A stretch of 52,190 nucleotides of DNA from Aulosira sp. ZfuVER01 (GCA_034530615.2 JAVRCV020000050.1:1-52190); one strand, 5' to 3'. Positions 10,069-20,962 are shown, numbered from the stretch's first letter. The notes: generated by a model not told the origin, from the letters alone. Program-made: numbers and translations.

Positions 10069-10209
10069 ATAAGATAAGGGGACACGGAGACAAGGGGAAG
10101 GGGGACAGGGAAGAAAAATAATCTATGCCCCATGCCCCATGCCCAATTTCATGAAATCTCGCTGCGTAAATCCTAAAACCAGCCCTTTCATGAAATATTT
10201 CCTTTAACC

Positions 10210-11475
10210 ATGACAAACCAACCTCTGCGGATAGCCCTGTTAACCGGATTGTATGCTCCCTTTCTAACAGGCGTTTCAGTAGCAGTACACCAGCGAGTTC
10301 GTTGGTTATTACAACAAGGGCACGAAGTATTCCTCATTCATCCAGAAATTAACAATAAATACCCCAAGCAAGTTGGGAATCGTCCCATGCCAGGATTAGA
10401 AGAGTTACAAACTTATCCAAACTTTTCTTCCTATGCATTCCCCACCGAACCACTTATCTTCTACAAATCTCTGCCTCAACCGTTAAATTACAGACATTGG
10501 AGCGATACTAAGTTACTCTCAAACTTCCAACCAGACATAATTGTTGTGGAAGAATCAGCCCAAATGAGAGGGGCTTACTCAGCCTTCTTACAAGGTTACG
10601 GTCGCCCTGTGGGAGTTAAATATGCCAAGCAAACAGGCACTCCTATCATCTCAGTATTCCATACAGATATCATTGCCTATATCAAATATTACTTAGGAAA
10701 TTTCTTCTTTAGCTTGCTGCGTCCAGTTCTTCCCCTGATAGTTAAGCAGGTCAGTGATGCTTATAATTTCAATTTATTTCCGTCTCGGGAACTGCTGAGA
10801 AAATACGACAGCCTCAAATGCCAACGCAGTGAATACGTTCCTTATCAAGGCATCGATTGCGAAAAATTTCATCCCCAAAACATTATCTACAATCCCATTC
10901 CTAACGACCATCGCCCAACTCTGCTGTTTGTAGGACGCATCACCGCAGAAAAGAATGTCACTCAACTTATCGATGCATTTCCCATCATTGCTGCCAAAAT
11001 TCCTAATGTCCATCTGGTCATTGTTGGTAGCGGCCCCTTGGATCAAGAAGTCCGTCGGTGTGCCCAAAAGTTTAAATCTGGTATTACTGTATGGGGTGAA
11101 TCTCATGGAACAGAACTTTTGGGTTGGTTTGCGAGAGCAGACATATTTGTGAATCCTTCTGTCACCGAAAACTTCTGTACTACCAATATGGAAGCTCTAG
11201 CATCTGGAACCACTGTTGTAGCAGCTGACGCTGGGGGAAATCCAGAACAGGTTTTATCTGGAATCAATGGCTTGCTTTCTGAACCCAACAACCCGGAAGA
11301 TTTAGCGCAAAGGGTCATTGCAATTTTAGAAAATCCCGAACTCAAAGCAAAAATGGCCCAGAACGCTCGCCCCTCAATATTAGAATTTGATTGGTCAGCT
11401 TGTATGGAAAAGTTTGAAGAAAAGCTCTATCAACTAGTTGCTTTATCAAACAAGCAAAAAGTGAAAGTTAATTAA
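10210..11475 (+). CDS. hglT: Heterocyst glycolipid synthase, GT4 glycosyltransferase
   Basis: GT-B motifs FVGRITAEKN and PSVTENFCTTNMEALASG; last gene of the hgd cluster, matching recalled all5341 synteny. Confidence 0.85.
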   Translation: MTNQPLRIALLTGLYAPFLTGVSVAVHQRVRWLLQQGHEVFLIHPEINNKYPKQVGNRPMPGLEELQTYPNFSSYAFPTEPLIFYKSLPQPLNYRHWSDTKLLSNFQPDIIVVEESAQMRGAYSAFLQGYGRPVGVKYAKQTGTPIISVFHTDIIAYIKYYLGNFFFSLLRPVLPLIVKQVSDAYNFNLFPSRELLRKYDSLKCQRSEYVPYQGIDCEKFHPQNIIYNPIPNDHRPTLLFVGRITAEKNVTQLIDAFPIIAAKIPNVHLVIVGSGPLDQEVRRCAQKFKSGITVWGESHGTELLGWFARADIFVNPSVTENFCTTNMEALASGTTVVAADAGGNPEQVLSGINGLLSEPNNPEDLAQRVIAILENPELKAKMAQNARPSILEFDWSACMEKFEEKLYQLVALSNKQKVKVN

Positions 11476-11488
11476 CTTTGTGATTTCG

Positions 11489-11527
11489 TGTCTTTGTGTT
11501 TCAAAAATCATTTTTTAACACAAAGAC
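11489..11527 (+). terminator. Stem-loop downstream of hglT
   Basis: Inverted repeat tgtctttgtgtt ... aacacaaagaca. Confidence 0.5.
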
Positions 11528-11673
11528 ACAAAGCAGTTAAAATATTATCAGCATTAAAAGTTTCTACCCAAGTAAAGTTACTTGATTAGAAAAGCTTTGC
11601 TATGATTCCATAATCATAGTAACTTTTTACAAACATCAAAAAATCCCTAGAAAAAATCTATAAAATAAACACT

Positions 11674-11934
11674 ATGCCTAATCCATTAATGTATGCAGAG
11701 GATAACTTTGTTGTCCTTGAAACAAACCAACCCGAACAATTTGTCACTGCCTCTGAGTTATTAGAAAAGCTGAAGATAGTTCTGCAAAATATCAATTTTC
11801 AAGATTTACCACCTGATGTTCAAAGCATTGATAATGTTGCAGATAGAGCCAAGTATCTAATCGATACAAGTTGTGAGTTAGATCTAGTCCCTGGCCAGTA
11901 TTTACAGTGGTATGCTGTACGCTTAGAAAAGTAA
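11674..11934 (+). CDS. crr7: Chlororespiratory reduction protein 7 (CRR7, NDH-1 assembly factor) family
   Basis: FVVLETNQPEQF ... LIDTSCEL ... YLQWYAVRLEK signature. Confidence 0.8.
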   Translation: MPNPLMYAEDNFVVLETNQPEQFVTASELLEKLKIVLQNINFQDLPPDVQSIDNVADRAKYLIDTSCELDLVPGQYLQWYAVRLEK

Positions 11935-11940
11935 ACTTTT

Positions 11941-11972
11941 TAGTCAATAGTTATGACTATAACTATTGACTA
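11941..11972. terminator. Bidirectional hairpin between convergent genes
   Basis: tagtcaatagttat-gact-ataactattgacta, a perfect 14-bp stem. Confidence 0.65.
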
Positions 11973-11976
11973 ATAC

Positions 11977-12522
11977 CTATTTTTGGGTAATCAATGCTAG
12001 TTCAATTTTATCTTCAGCAGGTTGTGTAATTTCAACTTCTACCCCAGGACCGAAATAGCTGGTCATTTTTTCTTGTTTTTGCTGCCAAACATCAATTGGA
12101 ATCAACGGGGAATCAAATTCTAAAATTAAAGCGTAAGCCCCATGAATTTCTTTTTCTTGTAATCCTGTAATGATTGGTCTTTCTTCATCCGTCGGACTCA
12201 AACCCAGAATAGAAAGCGCCCTATCTAAATGAGCATCTTGCCCATAGCAATATCTGGTGATATCTTTACGAATTTTATTTTGAGTCACAGTAGCTTGTTG
12301 TTCCCGCAGTTTCAAAACTGCGGGTGTAGTGACTTGGCTAAAGGGTATAGGTTTGAGTTCATTAGCTTTGAGTGCTAATCCTCCCAGCAATAGAGGAAAT
12401 CCGTAAAAAAATCCTACAAGATTGAGTGTGGCATTATCTGCGGCATAGGCAACAAAGCCGACAATGGTTAAGATCCCACCGACAGTTAAACCGAGTGTCC
12501 CCAAAGAAATTTGGCGTAACAT
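11977..12522 (-). CDS. DUF2854 thylakoid membrane protein (APE1-like)
   Basis: Two N-terminal TMs, YGFPLLLGGLALKANELKP, RKDITRYCYG and YFGPGV. Confidence 0.85.
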   Translation of the reverse strand: MLRQISLGTLGLTVGGILTIVGFVAYAADNATLNLVGFFYGFPLLLGGLALKANELKPIPFSQVTTPAVLKLREQQATVTQNKIRKDITRYCYGQDAHLDRALSILGLSPTDEERPIITGLQEKEIHGAYALILEFDSPLIPIDVWQQKQEKMTSYFGPGVEVEITQPAEDKIELALITQK

Positions 12523-12740
12523 GAGTTGAGCTTAGTATAAATTCTTAAAACATTAATTTTATTATCATCGGATATGAGTGACAGATTGGGGAAGAGGGTA
12601 AGCTCAAGCTAATCAGTAACTATAGCTGGGCAAAACTGGAAATATTTTTTCCACCGAACCAGGTTTAACCAGAAAATTCCCTTTCTTGCCTTTTTTTGCG
12701 TTAATTTTAAACTTGAAGATACTTAAGGACTGCAAAAAAA

Positions 12741-12923
12741 ATGGATGTACAGACTATAAAAGAACGAATTGCGGCAGTTGAGAGCAAACGCGAATATCTA
12801 CTGAGTCTACTAGAACAACCTAATCTAGGAACTTTGAGAATTGATGTCAATCAAGCTTTGGAAGAATTGGATGATTTAGTAGACGAATTTAGACGCACTA
12901 TTCCCCAGACAGGAAATAACTAA
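12741..12923 (+). CDS. Small conserved hypothetical protein
   Basis: 60-aa helical ORF with an AAGGA RBS-like motif upstream; LGTLRIDVNQALEELDDL. Confidence 0.75.
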   Translation: MDVQTIKERIAAVESKREYLLSLLEQPNLGTLRIDVNQALEELDDLVDEFRRTIPQTGNN

Positions 12924-12953
12924 GCTTCTCTAGGCTTTAGTAAAAATTAAGAT

Positions 12954-12995
12954 TGCGTCGGTACACCGTTAATTCTCGGCGCTACCGACGCTTTT
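12954..12995 (+). terminator. Rho-independent terminator-like hairpin
   Basis: gcgtcggta...taccgacgc followed by tttt. Confidence 0.6.
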
Positions 12996-13085
12996 CAGTA
13001 ATAAAATATCACGAATCCCCCGGAATTGAACTTTACCTGGGTTGAGCAAGTAAGTGTGCTGCATCTGCATCATGAATCTGGTCAT

Positions 13086-13490
13086 TCAGACATCTTCTGT
13101 ACGCTTGCCTAACTGTCTCACCATAGCGATGAGTTCGTTTGTCGGTACATCTTTTCTGCAAAAATCATCAAAGCTAGGCATAGCTTTTGTCTGTTGTAAA
13201 CTTGCGTCTTCTACTGAAGAGTAAGCAAGAATTTGGGTGTTAGGAGAGATAGCTTTAATCTGACCAGATGCACTCCAACCATCCATGACTGGCATTTGCA
13301 AATCCAAAACAATCACATCAGGATGGTAGCGCTTGACCATTTCTATGGCTTCTTGACCATTCTTAGCTAAACCTACTACTTGAATATTTTCTTGGCAAGA
13401 AAAAGCTAATTGTAGAGTTAAACGGGTGAGTTCGTGATCGTCAACCACTAGAACACGCAAGGTAGAAGACTCACAGGACAACATTAACAT
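13086..13490 (-). CDS. Single-domain response regulator (receiver only)
   Basis: VLVVDDH and PDVIVLDLQMPVMDG; no output domain. Confidence 0.9.
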   Translation of the reverse strand: MLMLSCESSTLRVLVVDDHELTRLTLQLAFSCQENIQVVGLAKNGQEAIEMVKRYHPDVIVLDLQMPVMDGWSASGQIKAISPNTQILAYSSVEDASLQQTKAMPSFDDFCRKDVPTNELIAMVRQLGKRTEDV

Positions 13491-13645
13491 TTATAAGAAA
13501 AAGACTAAATACAATAACCTTTATAGTTTAGGGGAACAAGTACTAGAAATTACTCTATCCTATGGTTGAATAATTCGTTTTTACAAAAACAAATTATGGA
13601 GATTTTGTGAGGAAAGATTAAAGTTTCCTAAAAGATTAAATTGAA

Positions 13646-15856
13646 CTAGTTGTCAAGATAGAAAGAGTTCTTTTTTGAATCAATGAGATTTGAGCCAATA
13701 CTAGTTGAGCGTAATGCCATATTGATGAGAGTAGTTTGTGAGTGAGCTTCGGGAGCGCGATCGCATGGATGTCGTTGGATGTAGCTGCCATTGGCTTGTA
13801 ACTCCCAAGCTTGACGATTATCTGCCAGCATAATTCCGAGGATTTCTTGCAAGTCCTTAGCAATATCTGGGTCTTGAATGGGGGTAATTACTTCGACTCG
13901 GCGATCTAAGTTGCGACGCATCCAATCAGCACTGCCGATAAAGATTTCTTCTTGACCATTGTTGTAAAAATAAAAAATTCGCGAGTGTTCCAAAAAGCGC
14001 CCAACTATGCTAATGATGCGAATGTTTTCACTGATGTCTTTCATTCCTGGGCGTAAACAGCAAACACCGCGAACAATCAAATCGATTTGCACTCCAGCAC
14101 GGGATGCTTCATATAAAGTGGCAATAATTTGGGGATCGACTAGGGAATTCATTTTGGCGACAATCCGCCCGGTGAAACCATTTTTAGCATTTTCGATTTC
14201 ACGCTGAATTAGTGCCAAAAAGCGATCGCGCATATTTACAGGCGCAACTAGTACTTCTCGGTAAGACTTTTGCCGCGAGTAGCCTGTTAAAAAATTAAAC
14301 AAATCGGTGATGTCAGCACCAATTTCTTCTTGGCAAGTGAATAAGCCTAAGTCTGTATAAAGTCGTGCGGTTTTTTGGTTATAGTTACCAGTACCAATAT
14401 GCACATAGCGACGCATCCGGTCTTTTTCTCGGCGCACGACCATGATGGTTTTGCAGTGTGTTTTCAGCCCCACTAGACCATAGACAACGTGAACGCCAAC
14501 TCTTTCTAATCTTCTTGCCCAGTAAATATTGTTCTCTTCATCAAACCGCGCCTTTAATTCCACTAATACAGACACCTGCTTACCATTTTCGGCAGCAGTA
14601 ATTAAGGCGTTGACAATGGGTGAGTCTCCCGAAGTTCGGTAAAGAGTCATCTTGATCGCTAGGACATTCGGGTCATGGGCAGCATGGGTAATAAAGCGCA
14701 CCACGGTTGCGGAAAAAGATTGATAGGGATGATGTACTAGTAAATCTTTTTCGCGAATGACGGCAAAAAAGTCTTTTCCTTCCTCTACCTCTGGGTTTTC
14801 CGAATTGACACTGGGTTCTCGCAACCATTGCAGGCGGGAAGGTACTACCGATTGTCGTGGTGGTTCTTTAAATTCTGGTAGCGGTAATGCCATAAAGTAC
14901 ATTAAATCCCGCAGTCCCAAAAGCCCATCTACTTCGTAAACATCACTTTCGGTTAATTCTAAATCTTGTAATAAGCGCGATCGCACTACTTCGGGAGTTT
15001 GAGCTTGAATTTCTAACCTGACGGGAGTTCCACCAATGCGGCGTTTGCGCAATTCCTGTTCGATTGCTAACAGTAAATCGTCGGCTTCATCTTCTTCTAA
15101 TGCCAAATCGGCGTCACGGGTAATCCGAAAGGGATGATATTCCTGAATATTCATTCCCGGAAACAGGGAATCTAAGTTATGAGCGATCGCCTGTTCTAAA
15201 GGTACACCAGTCCAGTGGGCAGGTTGACCGTGATGTTGAATTCCTAATTCTGGTGGTAAAGGTAAAAATCGCGGTAAGACTTTGGGGACTTTGACTCTAG
15301 CAAAAAATTCTTCCTCAGTTTCTGGGTTTTTGACCACCACTGCCAAATTCAGACTGAGATTGGAAATGTAGGGAAAGGGATGGCTAGGATCGACAGCTAG
15401 GGGAGTCAGAACGGGAAAAATTTGTTCTTCAAAGTAATTATCTAGATAATTCCGTTGTTTTTCTGACAAATCTATATAATCCAGGATGTGTATCCGCTGA
15501 TTTGCCAGCAGGGGTCGGAGTACTTGTTCAAAATGTTGATGCTGTTTAGTTACCTGAGGACTCAAGGTAAACCTGATATCGTCTAGCTGTTGTTGTGGTG
15601 TACGACCATCAGGACTTAACTGGCTGACTTTTGCTTCTACTTGTTGCTTTAAACCTGCAACCCGTACCATGAAGAACTCATCTAAATTTGAGGTAAAAAT
15701 AGCCAAAAATTTGAGTCTTTCCAAGAGTGGCGTTCGCTGGTCGCAAGCTTCATGTAAAACTCTGTTGTTAAACTCCAACCAGCTTAATTCTCGGTTGATA
15801 TAGTATTGTGACTCGCTCAGATTAATGGAAGTATTACTCTTCTTGGATTTTGGCAT
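13646..15856 (-). CDS. ppk1: Polyphosphate kinase 1
   Basis: NRELSWLEFN, SNLDEFFMVRVAGL, ELKARFDEENN, GRFLEHSR and SADWMRRNLDRRVE. Confidence 0.98.
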   Translation of the reverse strand: MPKSKKSNTSINLSESQYYINRELSWLEFNNRVLHEACDQRTPLLERLKFLAIFTSNLDEFFMVRVAGLKQQVEAKVSQLSPDGRTPQQQLDDIRFTLSPQVTKQHQHFEQVLRPLLANQRIHILDYIDLSEKQRNYLDNYFEEQIFPVLTPLAVDPSHPFPYISNLSLNLAVVVKNPETEEEFFARVKVPKVLPRFLPLPPELGIQHHGQPAHWTGVPLEQAIAHNLDSLFPGMNIQEYHPFRITRDADLALEEDEADDLLLAIEQELRKRRIGGTPVRLEIQAQTPEVVRSRLLQDLELTESDVYEVDGLLGLRDLMYFMALPLPEFKEPPRQSVVPSRLQWLREPSVNSENPEVEEGKDFFAVIREKDLLVHHPYQSFSATVVRFITHAAHDPNVLAIKMTLYRTSGDSPIVNALITAAENGKQVSVLVELKARFDEENNIYWARRLERVGVHVVYGLVGLKTHCKTIMVVRREKDRMRRYVHIGTGNYNQKTARLYTDLGLFTCQEEIGADITDLFNFLTGYSRQKSYREVLVAPVNMRDRFLALIQREIENAKNGFTGRIVAKMNSLVDPQIIATLYEASRAGVQIDLIVRGVCCLRPGMKDISENIRIISIVGRFLEHSRIFYFYNNGQEEIFIGSADWMRRNLDRRVEVITPIQDPDIAKDLQEILGIMLADNRQAWELQANGSYIQRHPCDRAPEAHSQTTLINMALRSTSIGSNLIDSKKNSFYLDN

Positions 15857-16090
15857 GATCGCTTTAGGGCAGAAAGTCGCAGCCCATTAATAAACCATAG
15901 TAAATGAAATAGTGTATGGGCGCGAAGCGGCTGGTTAACTGACAGCGCTTCTATATATGGAGAAAATCGCAAAACTGTTAACAATATCTAATGCGCGCTA
16001 GTACTATATATCATTAATTTTGAAGTGACAATAAGTTTGTAGTGAGTTAGCGGGGTCTTGTCCCGCATTTTTCCCAAGCATCACACATCT

Positions 16091-17500
16091 ATGTTTCAAG
16101 CTACTCGCCGCCGTCTCGCTCTTTGGTACACTGCCGTAACGGCTGTATTACTACTATTATTTGCGAGTGGAGTATATTTATATGTCCGCAGTACGTTAGT
16201 TGAACGGATTGACGATACCCTCAATCATGTGGTGGAAGTAGTAGAGCGATCGCTAGTAATTGAACCAGTTAACACTGGTACTGAGACATTACGGATTAAT
16301 GTAGAAGCTAGTTTTCGTGACAATGCTGACACCGTAGAAGACGATCACATTGATTTGGAATGGTTTAGTGCTACTGGTGAATTACTGTGGTCAACTCTAT
16401 CCACACCTCTGAATATCCCCATTCATGCCAATCGTACTGGTGAAACTGTACGTGTTGCAAAGCAAGAAGGATGGGGACAATCAGCATTGTTATTACGCCA
16501 GGTAACACAGCGGGTAGAAGCCGGACGGCAAGTATTAGGCTATTTGCGTGTTAGCCATCCCTGGTTTGAAGTTACTAAACCCAGCCGTCAGTTAATTTTT
16601 GATTTGGCGTTGGGTACGGGATTGATGGTGCTTTCTGTAGGCGCAAGCGGTTGGTTTCTTTCGGGTAAAGCAATGGAACCAGTAGGTGATTCCTATCAAC
16701 GCCTCAAACAATTTACCGCCGACGCTTCTCACGAACTGAGAAATCCGATTACTTTGATTCAAACTAATGTGCAAGTTGCACTGGCTGATTTAGAGTTAGC
16801 AGAGGCAGAAGTTACTACCGCTTTACACTATCGACAACAGTTAAAATTAGTGGAACGGCTAACTCAGCGCTTGGGTAGGTTAGTCAATGATTTACTGTTT
16901 CTCGCCAGACAAGATAGTGGGATTAGTAAAGATAACTTTTGCGCTTGTCCAATGGACGCTTTATTGATGGAAGTGCTGGAAGAACAGCAATTGTTAGCGA
17001 CTGAAAAAACAATTACTCTGGCTTTAGATTTAGTAGATCCTCACGTTGGGGAAACTAACCCCCAATTGCTGGACAATTGGTTCACACTGATAGGTAACTG
17101 GGATCAATTGGTGCGATTGTTCACTAATTTAATTGGTAACGCTTTGCAGTACACGCCATCGGGTGGGCGGGTGAATGTAGAATTGGCGCGTTTAGAAGGT
17201 AGCAATCGCGTTTCTGGACTGCGTTACAGCATAGCTCAATTACAAGTTAAGGTGAGCGATACAGGGATTGGTATTCCAGGAGATGCACTACCACGCTTAT
17301 TTGATCGCTTTTATCGGGTAGATCCAGCACGTACCCACACCACAGGAAATACAGCTTGTGATATTTCTACTGGTTCGGGATTAGGATTAGCGATCGCCCA
17401 AGCTATTGTCGAACATCACCAAGGTCAAATTCAAGTGGAAAGCCGTATAGGACAAGGTACTACTTTTACTGTTACTTTACCCCTAACTCTGGAGTCTTAA
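16091..17500 (+). CDS. Membrane two-component sensor histidine kinase (possibly ManS/Hik27-like)
   Basis: Two TMs, H-box DASHELRNP, NLIGNALQY, DTGIGI and GSGLGL; ATG at 16091 preferred over TTG at 16058; ManS similarity is from memory only. Confidence 0.9.
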   Translation: MFQATRRRLALWYTAVTAVLLLLFASGVYLYVRSTLVERIDDTLNHVVEVVERSLVIEPVNTGTETLRINVEASFRDNADTVEDDHIDLEWFSATGELLWSTLSTPLNIPIHANRTGETVRVAKQEGWGQSALLLRQVTQRVEAGRQVLGYLRVSHPWFEVTKPSRQLIFDLALGTGLMVLSVGASGWFLSGKAMEPVGDSYQRLKQFTADASHELRNPITLIQTNVQVALADLELAEAEVTTALHYRQQLKLVERLTQRLGRLVNDLLFLARQDSGISKDNFCACPMDALLMEVLEEQQLLATEKTITLALDLVDPHVGETNPQLLDNWFTLIGNWDQLVRLFTNLIGNALQYTPSGGRVNVELARLEGSNRVSGLRYSIAQLQVKVSDTGIGIPGDALPRLFDRFYRVDPARTHTTGNTACDISTGSGLGLAIAQAIVEHHQGQIQVESRIGQGTTFTVTLPLTLES

Positions 17501-18268
17501 TTTTTAAGAATAGCAACTCAACTTATAGCAATTCAAAATTACGCCAGATGCGATCGCACAAATTGTTCTAATCGTGTTGAACTTGAGTTTGGACTAATTG
17601 GTATCCTCCTCTTTGAGAAATCAGCCAGTAAAAGTAGTAAAAATTTTTATATTTAAAAGATATTTTCTCCGATTCTTCCCTTAGCTATCCTATAAAACTC
17701 CTATTTGATTTTTGAACAAATTCCGTACACTTCAATTTCTCCGTTCCCCTTCTGATTCGCCAGTCGCTCGTTGGGGACTTGGGGCAATGAGGAAGAACCC
17801 CCAAGACCGTGCTGGCTCACCTATTCCCTGCCTCTACGAGTGATTTCTCCGAATCAAATCGGATTGCTATAGAATACTTTGAGTTAGGAATTGTATAACT
17901 AATTGAGCCTCAAATAATTATTCTCAAGGCTCTCAAAAGAATTAATTAATTTAAGTTTTTTACTATAAATAGAGAAAATTAATTAGTCATAAAATACTAA
18001 ATTATACCTATGGGATTATAACTAATGATTTATATAAATCATTCTTAGGAAGTATGCCCTAGCTTTAACCTGAAATAAATTTTCAGACCTCTAGCTAGAT
18101 CCAAAAACTCAAGCTAATCGGTAAATTAATATCATCTAAATAGTAGTAAGAAAAAGCCTTATAAATTTAATGGCAGAGGGTAATATTTAACAATTTTATT
18201 ACCTGACATAATTTGCTGATTTAGAAAATTTCCCAACAGCGAAGCTGAGATTTTTTCAGGAGTCAATA

Positions 18269-19078
18269 ATGAAGAGCAATTCGCCTAAGTTTCGGAAGTC
18301 GGCTGAGTTATTTGCTGCAATCTGTGGCGGTTTACTGATGAGTGCGCCAGCATTAGCGCAAACACCAGTAACACAGCAACCTACTTCTGCTAATTCTAAA
18401 ATTAATCCCTGCCCTCGTATTTTCTACGAACCTCAACACACTAATCGTGTTTTAGTTCCTCAAGGATGTCCACCCAATGCTCTAACTCAAAGAATGCAAT
18501 CTCAAGGGTTGCTTCCTTCTAGTTCTGTTCCTGCTACGCCATCAGCGGATCAAACAAGAATGGGTGTAGGTGGAGAAACAACTTCAACCACTACTAACTC
18601 ACAACCGAACCCCCGTCCCGGCATCTTAAATGAAGCGCCTTATAATCGTTCTCAGCAACCTTCACAGACTGATAGTTCAACTACGTCCACAACACCGCAG
18701 CAGGTTCCTACCCAACAAGATTCTGTAACTGAACCGTCGCTACAACAACAGGGACAAAGCCCAGTTGCTACAGTAGCGCTTGCAAATGGCAATGTTAGTG
18801 TCAGGCTAGTAAATGACACCGGAGCTAATGTCACTTACCAAGTTATTGGAGATACTGACGAGCGATCGCTAAGTGGAAAATCTGATGTAGTTTTACAAGG
18901 TTTACGCGCTCCAGTTACAGTGACATTTCAAAGAGAAGATGGCGGATTGCTATCGGTAACTCCACAGCCCTCTTCAGAAACAGGATTATTAGAAGTTAGA
19001 TTAAAGGAAACAACAAACGTATCCCAAGACAAAAAAGCCATGAGAATTCAATCTAATGGCTCGGTATATTTGAATTAG
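18269..19078 (+). CDS. Secreted hypothetical protein
   Basis: Signal peptide ending PALA/QT, low-complexity P/T/S/Q linker, beta-rich C-terminus; AGGAG RBS. Confidence 0.85.
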   Translation: MKSNSPKFRKSAELFAAICGGLLMSAPALAQTPVTQQPTSANSKINPCPRIFYEPQHTNRVLVPQGCPPNALTQRMQSQGLLPSSSVPATPSADQTRMGVGGETTSTTTNSQPNPRPGILNEAPYNRSQQPSQTDSSTTSTTPQQVPTQQDSVTEPSLQQQGQSPVATVALANGNVSVRLVNDTGANVTYQVIGDTDERSLSGKSDVVLQGLRAPVTVTFQREDGGLLSVTPQPSSETGLLEVRLKETTNVSQDKKAMRIQSNGSVYLN

Positions 19079-19096
19079 ATTTTGCAGTATGCCTTT

Positions 19097-20233
19097 TTAT
19101 CGCTTGGGCAATTTAATCAGCTTATCAACTAAGAATACTTCCTGTTTGCTATCTTCCAGAGCTTTTGCTAACACAAGCGCTCGTTCGTAAAAGTTACGGG
19201 CAGTTAGATAATTATTTAACTGCTCGTACAAGTTAGCGTAAGTCATAAAAGATTTAAATTCTTCCCGCTGATTTTGCAATTCTCTAGCGGTTACTAGGCG
19301 TTGTTCTAGTAAGTCAAAAGCACGCTCATAACGTCCTACAGAACTGTGCGCTGTAACTAAACCGTCAATCGCGCGTAAATAATTAGTGCGATCGCCTGTG
19401 GTTTTAGCTATCCGCAAAGCCGATCCATAGGAGCCAATTGTATCGGGATAATTTCCCACTGCTAGATAAGCATCACCTAAGTTGTTGAGGGTATTGGTTT
19501 CACCGAGAATATCACCAACTTGACGGCGGAAAGATAAAGCAGTTTCATACAATTTAATTGCTTTGTTGTAATTGCCTAACCTGGCATTTACCAGGCCTAA
19601 ATTACTCAAAGACAGTCCTTCGCCTGCACTACTTTGGATATTCTGAGCGATTGTCAGCGCCTCTTCAACGGTTTTACCAGCTGGGGTAAATTCTCCTTTT
19701 TGCAGCAGCACCGTACTAATATTATTGAGTGCGAAAATCTGAGCCTGAAAGTCTTTAGTGTCGCGGGCGATCGCTAACCGTCGCCGCAACGCATCTTCCC
19801 CTTCCTGAAAACGATTCAGCTGGATGTAGGCTTTAGCCAGCAAATCGTAAGTCATCCCTTGAGCTTTGTAATCGCCAAGGGCGTGATAAATTTCTAGTGC
19901 TTGCAAGCAAGAGTCAATTGTTTTATCCGCATAACCAGAGATTTGTTGTTGCTCCCCAAGACGCAGTAAGGTATCTGCTTGATCTCTTGATTCTCGCAAC
20001 GAGGAATCATTTAAAGGGCGGTGCAGTTGTTGCGTAATGTCAGCAGCACTAGCCACTAGGGGACTACAAAAAACAGCCAACATTAAAAAGCAAGCAGTCA
20101 AAAATTGGAATTTGCCATTTGGGCGCGAGGCTAGAATAGCAAATTCCAAAATATCCAACCCATAGCGTCTCGATCTGAGGGTGGGATTGTCATCCAGAAT
20201 GCTACCCTCTGGTAAGAAATACCGTTGTTTCAT
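19097..20233 (-). CDS. Tetratricopeptide repeat protein
   Basis: Repeated LNNLG/LSNLG...AL TPR units. Confidence 0.9.
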   Translation of the reverse strand: MKQRYFLPEGSILDDNPTLRSRRYGLDILEFAILASRPNGKFQFLTACFLMLAVFCSPLVASAADITQQLHRPLNDSSLRESRDQADTLLRLGEQQQISGYADKTIDSCLQALEIYHALGDYKAQGMTYDLLAKAYIQLNRFQEGEDALRRRLAIARDTKDFQAQIFALNNISTVLLQKGEFTPAGKTVEEALTIAQNIQSSAGEGLSLSNLGLVNARLGNYNKAIKLYETALSFRRQVGDILGETNTLNNLGDAYLAVGNYPDTIGSYGSALRIAKTTGDRTNYLRAIDGLVTAHSSVGRYERAFDLLEQRLVTARELQNQREEFKSFMTYANLYEQLNNYLTARNFYERALVLAKALEDSKQEVFLVDKLIKLPKR

Positions 20234-20335
20234 AAAACTTACCCGGGAAATTTCGCTTTTAAGTACAAGGTCTAAGAAGGAGTGTTAAATTTCCATAATA
20301 GAGGTAAAAATATACGCGATTATACTTAAGCTAGA

Positions 20336-20962
20336 TCAAGGTAAATCTTCACCCAAGTAAATAGCGCGAATATCTCCAGGTAATTTGGCCTCTAACATAC
20401 GATATCCTTCTTGGAGAAAATTGGCTACTTCAATCGGCGTAATATTTTCTCCTTCGGCTTGCAGATAGGCAGCAATTCGAGTTTCACTCCAGCGGAAAGT
20501 TTGAGCCATTAAGACTACAAACCGCAAAATTGGTGATAGCTGTTCTAAAGCCTGTTCCACGTAGCACCACAAAGCAGGTGAAGTAGCCTTGAGAGAATAA
20601 TGAATCGCTTCTGTTGGCGGTAGTTCAATCTCATTAATGCAAAAAGCTGTAATGTTGATCAGCCAATTTTGCAGGGTTAAAGCTTCTTGATCTGGTTGGG
20701 AACTTTTGGTTAAATCTAACCCACCCAGTTCATAGTAGATATGCCGCCAGGTGAGGGCAAACAGATAATCTGCTTGGACAGGCGATCGCGCCGAGTGGCG
20801 AATCAAGGTGTACACTATCGGGCTATAGCGACAAAAAATCGCTGTAAAATACTTGCCAGTATCTGGATAGCGCTGAAAAGAAGTTAGGAGTTCTTGGTCA
20901 CTTTGATGAAACAGTGACTTGACTAGCGGGTGGTTAGCTTCGGGAAAGTGGGGTATTTGCAC
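20336..20962 (-). CDS. Sigma-70/ECF-like protein
   Basis: SDQELL...FTAIFCRYSPIVY...ADYLFALTW (region-2-like) and LEQLSPILR...WSETRIAAYL (region-4-like). Confidence 0.7.
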   Translation of the reverse strand: MQIPHFPEANHPLVKSLFHQSDQELLTSFQRYPDTGKYFTAIFCRYSPIVYTLIRHSARSPVQADYLFALTWRHIYYELGGLDLTKSSQPDQEALTLQNWLINITAFCINEIELPPTEAIHYSLKATSPALWCYVEQALEQLSPILRFVVLMAQTFRWSETRIAAYLQAEGENITPIEVANFLQEGYRMLEAKLPGDIRAIYLGEDLP

